In this document: one piece after another, positions 50,261 to 61,920 of the stretch
Layout: every line of letters starts with the position of its first letter
Position numbering within the stretch: position 1 is the stretch's first letter
Assembly: GCF_020745735.1 (NCBI RefSeq)
Contig: NC_083446.1
Span: 24,034,068-24,098,067 of the forward strand
Length of the DNA: 64,000 nt
Origin: Hemiscyllium ocellatum
Taxonomy: Eukaryota
Direction of reading: 5' to 3'
Made by a program: the position numbers and the translations under genes
Notes under the pieces: model-generated
The model's database searches: none
What the model was told of the DNA's origin: nothing
Seen by the model: the letters and a program-made list of their open reading frames with translations, nothing else

Positions 50261-50652
50261 TGATTAATCCGGTGGAGCCATCAATGTCGGTCCTCCTGCC
50301 ACCAAAACAAGAAATCTCCTCTCAGAGGTTTCTCTCCCTCACCTGTTTAGTGAGAGGTTTCTCCCCCAGAGAGATCTTCGTCAAGTGGACAAACAATGAC
50401 AGGCCCGTGAATCCCAGTAACTACAAGAACACCGAGGTGATGGCAGAGAATGACAACATCTCCTTATTCGTGTACAGCCTGTTATCCATTACAGCGGAGG
50501 AGTGGGCCAGCGGTGATTCTTACTCTTGTGTGGGGGGACATGAAGCGATTCCATTGAAGATAATCAACAGAACAGTCGATAAATCCAGCGCTAAACCGAG
50601 TTTAGTAAACATTTCACTTGCACTGATGGACACTGTTAATTCATGCAAATAA
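50261..50652 (+). CDS. IGHM: Cmu4 exon plus secretory tailpiece
   Basis: TCTGCAG|TGATT; [75 protein letters not shown]; tailpiece N-x-S site and penultimate Cys present. Confidence 0.93.
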
Positions 50653-50700
50653 AATATCAAAGTTGCATTTAATAATTCAACAAAAGTAATAAAGTGTTTT
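50648..50700 (+). terminator. Secretory-form polyadenylation signals
   Basis: AATAAA at 50648-50653 and at 50688-50693, the latter followed by a GT/T-rich tract. Confidence 0.7.
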
Positions 50701-51839
50701 TTTTCCCTTCAGTTGTGAGTTAAATACTGAATTAGTTGTTTCTCACTCTGACTTACATTGCATCTGTTAAGTTAAAGTGGATTATTAACAGGTCTAGGAC
50801 GAATGTCTTGTGCAGTTAATGTTCCCTGCTCACATACACCCTGGGTCAGAGACAGAGTAAAGCTCACTCATTGCAGGCTTGCGCCAAGTACCTTACCCAT
50901 CCTAAATCCCTCTGTGATAAAATCTGACAATGTCCATTTTATGTCAATGGTAGAGCACGAGTTTTGAACTTGGTGTTGTTGATTACCCCGATTGGACATT
51001 CTCACAAAATTCATGTCAGTTTTAAACTGCCACATTGCACCAATTTGAAATGTAAATTTAAGACACGTTAAAATTAAATTCCATTGGAACATACCAATCG
51101 TAAAGATTGCAGAGCAGTTTGAGTGTAACCTTTGTTTCTGGGGAACTGCCAGGGATCTTGTGCTAGCGCTTGAGTTGACAGAATGTATCTTCACTTTCAC
51201 ACCAAAGAGAATCGACAGATAAGTTGTTGTGGAGCAGAGGGGAGGGGAACGAATGGTTTGTCCTCTTGCTCCCTGTTCAGAGTTTTCATGGTAGATGTCC
51301 TCTGTAATGTAACCTAGTTGCTACCAGAAACAGTCAGCTTCTTGCTTACTGTCCAAAGATTTAACATTTCCATGCAAAATAATACCTTTGAAGCATGTTT
51401 GACATGCTTGGCTCTGTTAACAAATGATTAACGTCGATTCCCATGATCCAAAACTGGTGTTTGTATCGTCCCGGTTTGAATTCCATAGTTTTGTCTCAGT
51501 TTGCTGGAGCAGGTGGGATCAATTCTGATATTCAAATACCTGATATCATTTTGTTTCACATACAGAACAGAAGTAGACATTTTCTAATAAACATATTCAG
51601 AAATGTTATCACTGGGCAGTGGTAATTTGAACTCACACCTTTTCTCTCAGAGACAGAAATTCTATCACTGCAATAGAAGAGTTACTCATAAAACGCTGAT
51701 GCCTCCATGACGATGGGAAATGTTTCCTACAAAACCAAGGTCAGATCTAATTATAAGCAATTCATTAAAATTAGAACAATAAAATAGAATAATAAAAATT
51801 ACAGTCTGGTATAAGAACAGATATCGAGAGATGATCACA

Positions 51840-52950
51840 AATACACTCGTAATGAAACACATACGGCCTCTCACCTAAAGACACATATTTATGTGCACAC
51901 TCAAATGTGCATAAGGATAAGATGTCACACACGCATACTCGCACAGAGCCACACATGCAAGTGGCACTTGAACACTCCCTTAAGTTCATACAAAAACTCA
52001 CATACACTGAAAGAAAATAATTTGCACAAATGAACAGGGGTACTCAAAACCATGAGAAACACAGACACACTGTAACACACAAATAGGCATGAATACATAT
52101 ACATTCATACAGTACAACGTGTACAGACATATACGCATGAACACACAGATACAAATTCCAAAAAAAAGTCCTCCCAGATGTCAACTCACACAGGCACATA
52201 AGTGCACAGAGATAAACATTAATATCGTTATTTTTCCATTTTCAGAATCACAAACATACGATAACAGAGGCAGCTTAATTAGTTATTTTTAAACCACATT
52301 GATCAGCATGTATACAATGTCACACGTACACACAAATTCAGAGTCTCACATGCAGACACACAAGTGCATAGATCAATAAATAGAGGGGCGCTTATTAAAT
52401 AATGATAATGGGCACAAGCATCAGCAAGCATCCACAAACACTAACACAAACAAGCTTATCAGGAGATGGTTTGGGAAAGATTGCCACATAAGCAGACGTC
52501 ATCATATAAATATAAACATCCATCAAAACATGACGTTGCATGCTAACATTTATTAAGCATAAACATTGAAATAATCTAGTGTAGGTAGGATCTGAAACAG
52601 ACACATAAGCACACATTTTAGATACACTAATAAAAAGTGAACACTCACAAAGATATTACAAGATAAGCATAGGCAGTAACGAAGTGACATATTAGCATGA
52701 TGATACTTACACAATGTGAAAAGATCAAAACTTAGGTGCACAAATAAATGAGCACACCAACATTAAAGGAACGGGAATAAGTTTATTCATGCACAGACTC
52801 CAACATGGGCAAGAGTGAAGTAAGAGACACTCATAACCACATACAGAAACATTAAAGGAAAACCAAACACACCAAGCAGTGCATCAAATAAATTAAGGGA
52901 CACATGTACAAAAACTTATTCTAAATATACAGATCCTACAAACAAAAATA
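51840..52950. repeat. Long eroded AC-rich low-complexity tract
   Basis: Strongly A/C-skewed with many ACAC/ACAT words; no meaningful ORF. Confidence 0.6.
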
Positions 52951-53416
52951 TGAAGCAATGTTCGGCCTGTGATGTCACTTATATTTATGATTTGCCAAGC
53001 AATTGGTCAGCAATACATAAAGATGAGAATCACATTTGAACTTTTATTCAGTGATGGCCACAATTTTCAAATAAAGTGCTGTCACAGCCTATATTTAAAA
53101 TGTAATGATATAATTAAAAAAATCATTCGTAATAAGCATTCCTTAAATAATAATATCCTTAAATAATAGATTAAAAGAAAAATAATTTAAAACGTTCTGA
53201 CATGGACAATGAAGAAAGAACATGTGCAGTTAGTATTTGTAATTTCTAGCTGAGACTCAATAATGCACTAATAGATACAGATAAGAGTCAAATTTGAGAA
53301 ATACCTGACGGCCTTATAAAGATGTAATGGTCTCTAAGTACATGACTTGGATGCAGATAGATCGAACTGGATCAATAAACAGTCTAAATGTGTTCTCTCG
53401 GCTTTATATTCATAGA

Positions 53417-56400
53417 GATGTCGACATTTCTGGCCAGAGCCCTTCATCAGGAATGAGGAGAGGGTGCCAGGCAGGCTAAGATAAAAGGTAGGGAGGAGGG
53501 ACTTGGGGGAGGGGCGATGGAGATGCGATAGGTGGAAGGAGGTCAAGGTGAGGGTGATAGGCCGGAGTGGGGTAGGGGCGGAGAGGTCAGGAAGAAGATT
53601 GCAGGTTAGGAGGGCGGTGCTGAGTTCAAGGGAATCGACTGAGACAAGGTGGGGGGAGGGGAAGTGAGGAAACTGGAGAAATCTGAGTTCATCCCTTGTG
53701 GTTGGAGGGTTCCCAGGCGGAAGATGAGGCGCTCTTCCTTCAACCATCATGTTGTTATGTTCTGGCGATGGAGGAGTCCAAGGACCTGAATGTCTTCGGT
53801 GGAGTGGGAGGGAGAGTTAAAGTGTTGAGCCACGGGGTGATTGGGTTGGTTGGCCCGGGCGTCCCAGAGGTGTTCCCTGAAGCGTTCCGCAAGTAGGCGG
53901 CCCAACTCCCCAGTATAGAGGAGGCCACATCGGGTGCAGCAGATGCAATAGATGATGTGTGTGGAGGTTTAGTCCAGGTAGCTGTGGTAGTAAGTTGGTT
54001 TATAGTAGATGTCTGTGTTTAGTCGGTCACCTGAGATAGAACCGGAAAGGTCTAGGAATGGGAGGGAGGAGTCTCAGACAGTCCAGGTGAATTTGAGGTC
54101 GGGATGGAAGGTGTTGGTAAAGTTGATGAACTGTTTGACCTCCTCGTGTGAGCACGAGGCAGCGCTGAGACATTCATCGATGTAGCGGAGGAAAAGTTGG
54201 GGGGTGGTGCCAGTGTAGTTGCGGAGGATGGACTGTTCCACATATCCGACAAAGAGACAGGCATAGCTGGGGCCCATGCGGGTGCCCATGGCAACTCCTT
54301 TAGTTTGGAGGAAGTGGGAGGATTGGAAAGAGAAGTTGTTCAGGGTGAGGACCAGTTCATTCAGTCGAAGGAGGGTGTCAGTGGAAGGGTACTGGTTGGT
54401 GCGGCGGGAAAGGAAGAAGCGGAGGGCTTTGAGTCCTTTGTGATGGGGGATGGAGGTGTACAGGGACTGGATGTCCATCGTGAAGAGAAGGCATTGGGGA
54501 ACGGGGAAGCGAAAATCATGGAGGAGGCGGAGGGGGTGGGTGGTGTCCCGAACGTAGGTGGGGAGTTCCTGGACTAAAAGGGACAGAACTGTGTCGAGGT
54601 ACGCGGAGATGAGTTCGGTGAGGCAGGAGCAGGCTGAGACAATGGGTTGGCCGGGGCAGTCAGGTTTGTGGATCTTGGGCACGAGGTAGAAATGGGCGGT
54701 GCGGGGTTGTGGGACTATGAGGTTGGAGGCGGTGGATGGGAGACCCCTGAGGTGAAGAGGTTATGGATGGTCTGGGAGACGATGGTTTGTTGGTGGGAGG
54801 TGGGGGCATGGTCAAGAGCTGGCATTTGATCTCAGCGGTATAAAGGTCGCTGCACCAAATTACTACCGCGCCTCCATTGTCTGCCGGTTTGATGGTGAGG
54901 TTGGGGTTGGAACGGAGGGAGTGGAAGGCTGCACGTTCTGAGGGTGACAGGTTGGAGTGGGTGAGAGGGGTGGACAGGTTGAGTCGGTTAATGACGCGGC
55001 GGCAGTTGGCTATAAATAGATCGAGGGCGGATAAGAGGCCAGCACGGGGTGTCCAGGTGGATGGGGTGTGTTGGAGGCGGGAGAAGGGGTCGTCAGAGGG
55101 TGGCGGGCGTCTTGGGTATAAAAGTAGGCACGCAGGCGAAGGCAGGCGGAAGAATTGTTCAATATCTCGCCGCGTGTTGAACTCATTAATCCGAGTGCGT
55201 CGAGGAATGAAGGTGAGGCCCCTGCTGAGGACTGATCTTTCATCCTCAGAGGGGGAGGTCTGGAGGGATGGTGAAGATCCGGCAAGGCTGGGAGCTAGGA
55301 CCTGGTGTGGGACTGGAGCTGGGAGTGGGGGCGGGGTTAGTGTCGGGGGCGTGGACAGAGATCGGCGTAGGGGCGGGGTTAGACGTGGTGACGAAGCTTG
55401 GTGTGGGGGCGGGGTTACGCGTGGTGGCGAAATTCGGCGTGGGGGCGGAGTTAGGCGTGGTGACGAAAGACGGGCGTGAGGGCGGGGTTACGCGTGATGA
55501 CGAAAATCGGCGTGGGGGCGGAGGCACCTGAGACGTTGTGGTCGTGCAGGTTAGTGATATCAGTGGGGGCGGAAGTGGCTGCGGCGACGGCAACTGAAGG
55601 GGTGGAAATGATTGTGGCGACGAAAGAGCCGTTGTCTTTCCCGGTAGCCGCGGGGGTCGCGAGTCCGTCGGCGATCTTCCTGGCGATCGTGGAAGCGGTT
55701 GTCTGTGCGGTGATCGTTGGGGCAGTTGTTTGGGCGGTGATCGCGGAGGCTGCGAGGTCGTTGGGGGCGGAAGTGATGTCACGGTCGTCGGCAGCCGTTG
55801 GGGCTGTGGCGCTGTAGAGGCCGAGAGAAGATTCTGGAACAGTTGAGGAACCACGACTGTGGGGGTAAGGACATGAACGTTTTCGGTACTTACTGTCTTT
55901 AATTTCTGATATGGTTAGGAAGAGCTGTTTGTTTAGTGTATGGATTCTTCTGTAGATGAAGAACAGTAGAGGTCCTTTGCAGGTCTCTGAGAGTGTTGTC
56001 CTGAGCTGGGGTAGGGCTGACTGCAGGGAATGTAGGTAGCGACGCATGGCTGCAAGCGTGGAGCGAAGTATCCGGAGGGAGGTCTGTTGCTGGAGGCTTC
56101 GGATTTGTCTGAAATGGCTAGGAAGAACTGTTTGTTTAGTGTATGGATTCTTCTGTAGATGAAGAACAGTAGAGGTCCGTTGCAGATCTGTGAGAGTGTT
56201 GTCCTGAGCTGGGGTAGGGCTGATTGCAGGGAATGTAGGTAGCGTCTGAGATGGCTAGGAAGAACTGTTTGTTTAGTGTATGGATTCTTCTGTAGATGAT
56301 CTGATATGGCTAGGAAGAAGCCATATCAGATCATGGCTTCTCATCTCTCCCAGGAGGACCAGTTCCAATACCGTACAGCCCAGATGGCCTCCTTCTTCAA

Positions 56401-57462
56401 GGACCGCAGATTCCCCCCAGACGTGATCGACGATGCCCTCCATCGCATCTCCTCCACTCCCGCTCCTCCGCCCTTGAGCCCCGGGCCTCCAACCGCCACC
56501 AAGACAGAACCCCACTGGTTCTCACCTACCACCCCACCAACCTCCGTATACAGCGTATCATCCGCCGTCATTTCCACCAACTCCAAACGGACCCCATCAC
56601 CAGGGATATATTTCCCTCCCCTCCCCTATCAGCGTTCCCCAAAGTCCACTCCCTTCGTGACTCCCTCGTCAGGTCCACACCGCCCACCAAACAAACATCC
56701 ACTCCTGGCAACTTCCCCTGCAACCGCAGGAAATGCAAAACTTGTGCCCACACCTCCTCCCTTACCTCTCTCCGAGGCCCCAAGGGATCCTTCCATATCC
56801 GCCACAAATCACCTGCACCTCCACACACATCATCTATTGCATCCGCTGCACCCGATGTGGCCTCCTCTATACTGGGGAGATGGGCCGCCTACTTGCAGAA
56901 CGCTTCAGGGAACACCTCTGGGACGCCCGGGCCAACCAACCCAATCACCCCGTGGCTCAACACTTTAACTCTCCCTCCCACTCCACCGAAGACATGCAGG
57001 TCCTTGGACTCCTCCATCGTCAGAACATCACAACACGACGGTTGGAGGAAGAGCGCCTCATCTTCCGCCTGGGAACCCTCCAACCACAAGGGATGAACTC
57101 AGATTTCTCCAGTTTCCTCATTTCCCCTCCCCCCACCTTGTCTCAGTCGATTCCCTTGAACTCAGCACCGCCCTCCTAACCTGCAATCTTCTTCCTGACC
57201 TCTCCGCCCCAACCCCATTCCGGCCTATCACCCTCACCTTGACCTCCTTCCACCTATCGCATCTCCATCGCCCCTCCCCCAAGTTCCTCCTCGCTACCTT
57301 TTATCTTATCCTGCCTGGCACCCTCTCCTCATTCCTGATGAAGGGCTCTGTCCAGAAACGTCGAATTTCCTGTTCCTTGGATGCTGACTGACCTGCTGTG
57401 CTTTAACCTGCAACACATTTTCAGCTGTGATCTCCAGCATCTGCAGACCTCACTTTTTACCA
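53417..57462. mobile_element. Penelope-like retroelement insertion with inverted structure (minus arm 53417-56296, plus arm 56334-57462), 15-bp TSD
   Basis: RT ORF 54074-54682 (-) MPKIHKPDCPGQPIVS..TMDIQSLYTSIPH..KGVAMGTRMGPSYA..FLRYIDEC; GIY-YIG ORF 56733-57179 (+) HIIYCIRCTRCGLLYTGEMGR..ERFREH..HPVAQHFN..RRLEEERLIFRLGTLQPQGMN; TSD CTTTATATTCATAGA 53402-53416 / 57463-57477. Confidence 0.92.
55325..55525 (-). repeat. 36-bp coding tandem repeat in the PLE N-terminal region
   Basis: Units like GGGGGCGGGGTTAGACGTGGTGACGAAGCTTGGTGT; minus frame gives (PAPTPxFxTTxN)n. Confidence 0.8.
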
Positions 57463-57476
57463 CTTTATATTCATAG

Positions 57477-57604
57477 ATTCAATAGATCGCACTTGGATTG
57501 AAGACTATGAGGATGATAACAGCAACATCTGGACAACTGCTTCCATGTTCATCACCTTGTTCTTCCTGAGTATTTTCCACAGCGCTGCCGTTACTCTAGT
57601 GAAG
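57477..57604 (+). CDS. IGHM: IgM transmembrane exon TM1
   Basis: TTCATAG|ATTC; DSIDRTWIEDYEDDNSNIWTTASMFITLFFLSIFHSAAVTLVK; phase-0 donor AAG|GTTAGA. Confidence 0.92.
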
Positions 57605-57743
57605 GTTAGAATAATCACAACTTTCTCACGCCAAGCAGCCCAATATGTTTCGTAAATTCTCTAAGTGTGCCATTGAATAAAAAAAGAATCTGAAAGTCCC
57701 TGATCATAAATATCTATGTCATTGCTTTATCTCTCTTTTCCAG

Positions 57744-57752
57744 GTTAAGTGA
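57744..57752 (+). CDS. IGHM: IgM TM2 exon (VK-stop)
   Basis: Polypyrimidine tract CTCTCTTTTCCAG|GTT AAG TGA; gives the conserved KVK cytoplasmic tail. Confidence 0.88.
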   Translation, partial: VK

Positions 57753-60174
57753 ATGAATTGTGGACTCCTTTGATTTTCCTGCTCTGCTTATCAAGGTCTC
57801 TGAATTCCCAATCTACAATCTGTCCTGTTGCAGACTCTAACAGTGAGATTACTTCAGTTTATCAGCGTGTAACTGAGACAATTATTGATGGATTTTCCTT
57901 TTTGTTTTGATATCTTTGAGAGGGTTGTCGTTGGAAGAATTTGTAGCTTCCCAGTTGTTTGAACCCATTTGTTTTGATTTTATTTGTTTCTTACTCAGAA
58001 TGGTTGTCTACCCTTTTTGATGAGCCTTTGTATTCCCTTTCTAGTGACTGTTACTGATGTACAGAAAATTCCCACCTCACAGCGCATGTGTTCTCGTCTC
58101 AATGTGGCATCCAGCCATTATATTAACTTCTGTTAGCTTTTTCATCAACTTTTTGTATAAAAATGCTTTCTGAAATGGTTAATACATCTCGAATGAATAA
58201 GCACTAACCTTGAGATTGCTTAATTCTTTCTTCAAGGCCGGTCAGTAATAATACATTTTCCCACATCCTACTCCTTTCCCAGCCAAATACTTTCACTTGT
58301 TCTGTTTGGTTGTGTTTCATCCAGTCATTTAGTTTAATGCTGCGCTGCAATGCAGCCCACTAATGTAAATACATCTTTCACACGATATGCCTGATGGAAC
58401 ACTCCAGAGGCAGAATGATTAGAGAACATTTCCTCTTCTGCACCAAGGGTCACGACCTCGGGTCACGTAATGATACAAATTAGGAGCTTTGCTCCACCAG
58501 AAGCCTATAAGAGGCAGGCAAAGGAGTTTGAACATTTACACTACACCGTCTAAACTAAATGTACTCCCAATGTCCGGACAGCCTGGGTCAGTAATGCTTA
58601 AATCGTCACCATAAACGCCCAACAAAACATTCATCAGCCAAAAATGTCAACGTTCAGTCAGGTAGTCAGACACAACACGTGCAAAATTCAAGGGCGGATT
58701 CGCAAAAGTTTTTCTCACACACGAATCTCATGGAGCACAATTCCAGGGATCTATTTGACACACCACACCTGTCAGATCCCAGGGAATGAAACTGAGATCT
58801 ATCTGATACAGGGATATTACTGAACAGCAACCCTCAAAAATAATAAATCAGAGGTCGATGTTGATCAGGCAAAGCAGAGCTCATGAGTACCTGAAATATT
58901 CAGCCATTGGGATTTATATGATGCAATATGGAATTGAGAACCAATCATAGCAACTGTTCACAGAGTCTGGAAACTATCAGCAGAGGAGAACGTTCTCAAT
59001 TTCTCAGAGTTGGTGAGGTGTATCATCCCGGGAATAGTGTTGTGAATCAGTCACGCACCCAACCTCATTACTTCGCATTCTTTCAAAAACGTGGGTCCTG
59101 AAACTAGATGCAACATTCCAGGTGAGACAAGAAACTGTTTTATTTCAGTTTAACATAATTGCTTTGTGTTTGTTCTCTACAGCGTTATTGATGAAGTAGA
59201 GTGTATTTGCTCTTCTGTCCACGTGTCATGGTACATTCCCTGATTTGTGCACATACACACGGAGGATACTTTGCTCCTTCACCCCTTTGGGTTTACACCC
59301 TTACTATTGTATGTTCCCCTGAGTTCACCACAAAACAAAGAAGCACGTCACACCTCCCTGAGACTGAGATCTATCTGACACACCGATATTAATGAATAAC
59401 AATCCTCAAAAATGATACATCACGGGTTGATTTCGTTCACGGAAGGCAGAGATCAGAAGTTCTGCGAACCCTGCTGCTTTCCATGTCCTTTCCCACAACC
59501 CCTCTGTCAAACATAATGCTCTTAGCTGTTCTTCCAATATCCTAACATTTTACCTTAAATTGCTATTAATATTTTTCTGTAACTTTGCATGATGGACCAA
59601 AGCACAGGTTGAAACAACAAGGACTCGAAACACTCAACTCTGAGATCGTACACAATAAGGCAATCTACATTCTGAAACAGCAAACACCCGTTAACAAATG
59701 GTTGACAAGTACAAAACAGCGGGTGAGATTAGCCTGAACTCATCAAAATAAAAGGAAATTGACGTTATGTACAAGTTAAAGTTCTTAATTGGAGTAGGGC
59801 AAATTTTGATAGAATGAGACAAAAACTTTCAAGGGTTGATTGGAGTAGACTGTTTGCAGCTCAAGGGAAGGCCGGCAAGAGTGAAGCTTTCAAAAGTGAG
59901 ATAACAAGAGTTCAGAGGCGTGATGTTCCTGTTAGAGTGAAGATAAGGCTGGTAAAAGGAGGGAACACTGGAGGAATAAAGATATTGAGGCTCTGGTTCA
60001 CATTAAGAATGAATTATATATTAGACATAGATAAATGAGTTCAAGTGAATCTCGAAGAGTACAAAGGTGCAGGGACTTTCTAAAGAGGGAAATGAGGAGC
60101 ACAAGAAAGGAAAATGAAATAATGTTGAAGATAATCCAAAGAGATTCGACTAGTACATTAAGAGCAAAGGGGTA

Positions 60175-60630
60175 GATCATAGAGTCATAGAGATGTACAA
60201 TTTGGAAACAGATCTTTCAGTCTCACTTACCCATGCTGACCAGATATCCTAAACTAATCTAGTGCCATTTGCCAATACTTGACCCATATCCCTCTAAACC
60301 CTTCCTATTCGTATACACACTCAGATGCCTTTTAAATGTTGAAATTGCACGAGCCTCCATCACTTCCTCTGGCAGTTCATTGCACACACACCATCCTCTG
60401 CATGAAAATGTTACTCCTTAGGTACTTTCAAGTTTTTTCCCTCTCACTCTAAACATATACTCACGAGTATACGTTTAGATGAGACTCCACCCATCCTAGG
60501 GAAAAGACCTTATCTATTCACCGTATCCATGCCTCTGATGATTTTATAAACCTTTATAAAGTCACGCCTCAGCCTCCAACGCTCCAGAGAAATCAGCCCA
60601 AACCTATTCAGCCTCTCCCTATATAACTCT
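60175..60630 (-). mobile_element. CR1 3' fragment
   Basis: (ATAGAGTC) tail at 60177 and reverse complement of the ORF2 C-terminus (CAGCCTCCAACGCTCCAGAGAAA). Confidence 0.75.
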
Positions 60631-61129
60631 ACATGGCTGTGAATATGTATAAGCCTAGAGAGATAGCTTCATAAATCATGTTGCATTTTATATACATGCT
60701 TTTTTTTATTATCATTTAGTTTAAAATAGAAGATGGGTACCTTTTCAATTTCATACCAGTAGCACAGAAAGACATGGAGAAATAAACTGCAACAAAAAAA
60801 AGGACAAAAAGTTATTGCACTATGGATCATCTCACCATATCATTCGTGTAAAAATAATTCCCTGTTTTGACCATGAAGTAAATAGAGTCTATTAATTAGT
60901 CCTGTGTTTGTAATAATTTTCATCTATCTGTCATTCTTCATTTAGTTGTTATAGTTACCATGTGGATTACTGCACCTCTCTAAAAATTCAAAACTAAATG
61001 AAGTAAAACTGCAAATTAAATATTGTATCTAATTACGACAAAAAAATTATCAATTCAATGACACCAAATTGGAAACGAATGTTGAAATGTAGCCAATTCT
61101 GAGAACTACACGAAGTTGAGAAGATCATT

Positions 61130-61920
61130 AATTAATTTACGGTATGTTCAAATAATTAGCAAATGAAGATCCACACAGATAAACGTAAGGTGTTACATCT
61201 TGGTAGGAATAATGTGCAGGTCACTTATTCATAGATGCACATCTAAGTGAGGGAGACAAAGGGATTTCAGACAATTACATCAGTCACTAATAATTTCACC
61301 TCAGGTTCCAAAGGCCATAAAAATGCAAACAAAGCTCTAAGTTTTATCTCTAATGGGATAGATTTGAATGTAAGGTCACTATAAAAAATTGGTTGACTAT
61401 AATTAAGAGTATTGCCTGTAGTTAGAGTTGACATATTATAGAATGTATGAGAGAGAGTGAAGAGAAGATTTATAAAAATGCTGCACAAGTTTCTGGCTGT
61501 GCATATCAAGGAAGAATTGTTGTGCTGTTCACTTCTCTCTTGAAAAGAAGGCTGACAGTTCGAAAATTATGAAAGGTTTTGAAAAGAGAAGGTACAGAGA
61601 AAATATTTCACTGTGGGCTAGAACATAACTAGAGGCTGTCAATATAAGACGGTTCCTTAAGAAATCCAAAACGGAATTCAGAAGAAACCTCTTCACTGAA
61701 AGAATGATGAGAACTGGGGTGGGGAGGGGGTCTATGTGACCAGACGGAATAGTTGAAATCAATTATTTAGATGTATTCAAGGAAACAAGGTGAGCACCTG
61801 GAAGGGATGGGAGTAGAGAATTACAACGAGCGATTTAGATGAGGAAAGATGTGAAACACCTTGAGTGGAACATAAGCACTGGCATCAACTGATTGTGCCA
61901 AATGGTCTGTTTTTCCTCTG
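61130..61920 (+). mobile_element. Degenerate CR1 3' half
   Basis: AAACGTAAGGTGTTACATCTTGGTAGGAATAAT (KCKVLHLGRNN-like) and a CR1 3' UTR. Confidence 0.65.

Larger units (their letters stand above)
31903..57752 (+). pseudogene. IGHM: Shark IgM heavy-chain cluster L-V-D-DJ-Cmu1-4(sec)-TM1-TM2, probably non-functional
   Basis: All segments are in cluster order with GT/AG boundaries and consistent phases; several disabling lesions (see individual exons). Confidence 0.9.

Noticed and set aside
50643-50650. Perfect octamer ATGCAAAT at the end of the secretory tail
   Set aside because: It overlaps the codons for S-C-K-stop, so it is explained by coding sequence; other isolated octamers (9981, 22397, 23466) lie in AT-rich or repeat DNA without supporting context.
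54877-56047. ~200-aa Gly/Arg-rich and Pro/Thr-rich ORFs on both strands
   Set aside because: The + strand ORFs are antisense shadows of the GC-rich PLE N-terminal region; the minus ones are PLE-derived, not host genes.
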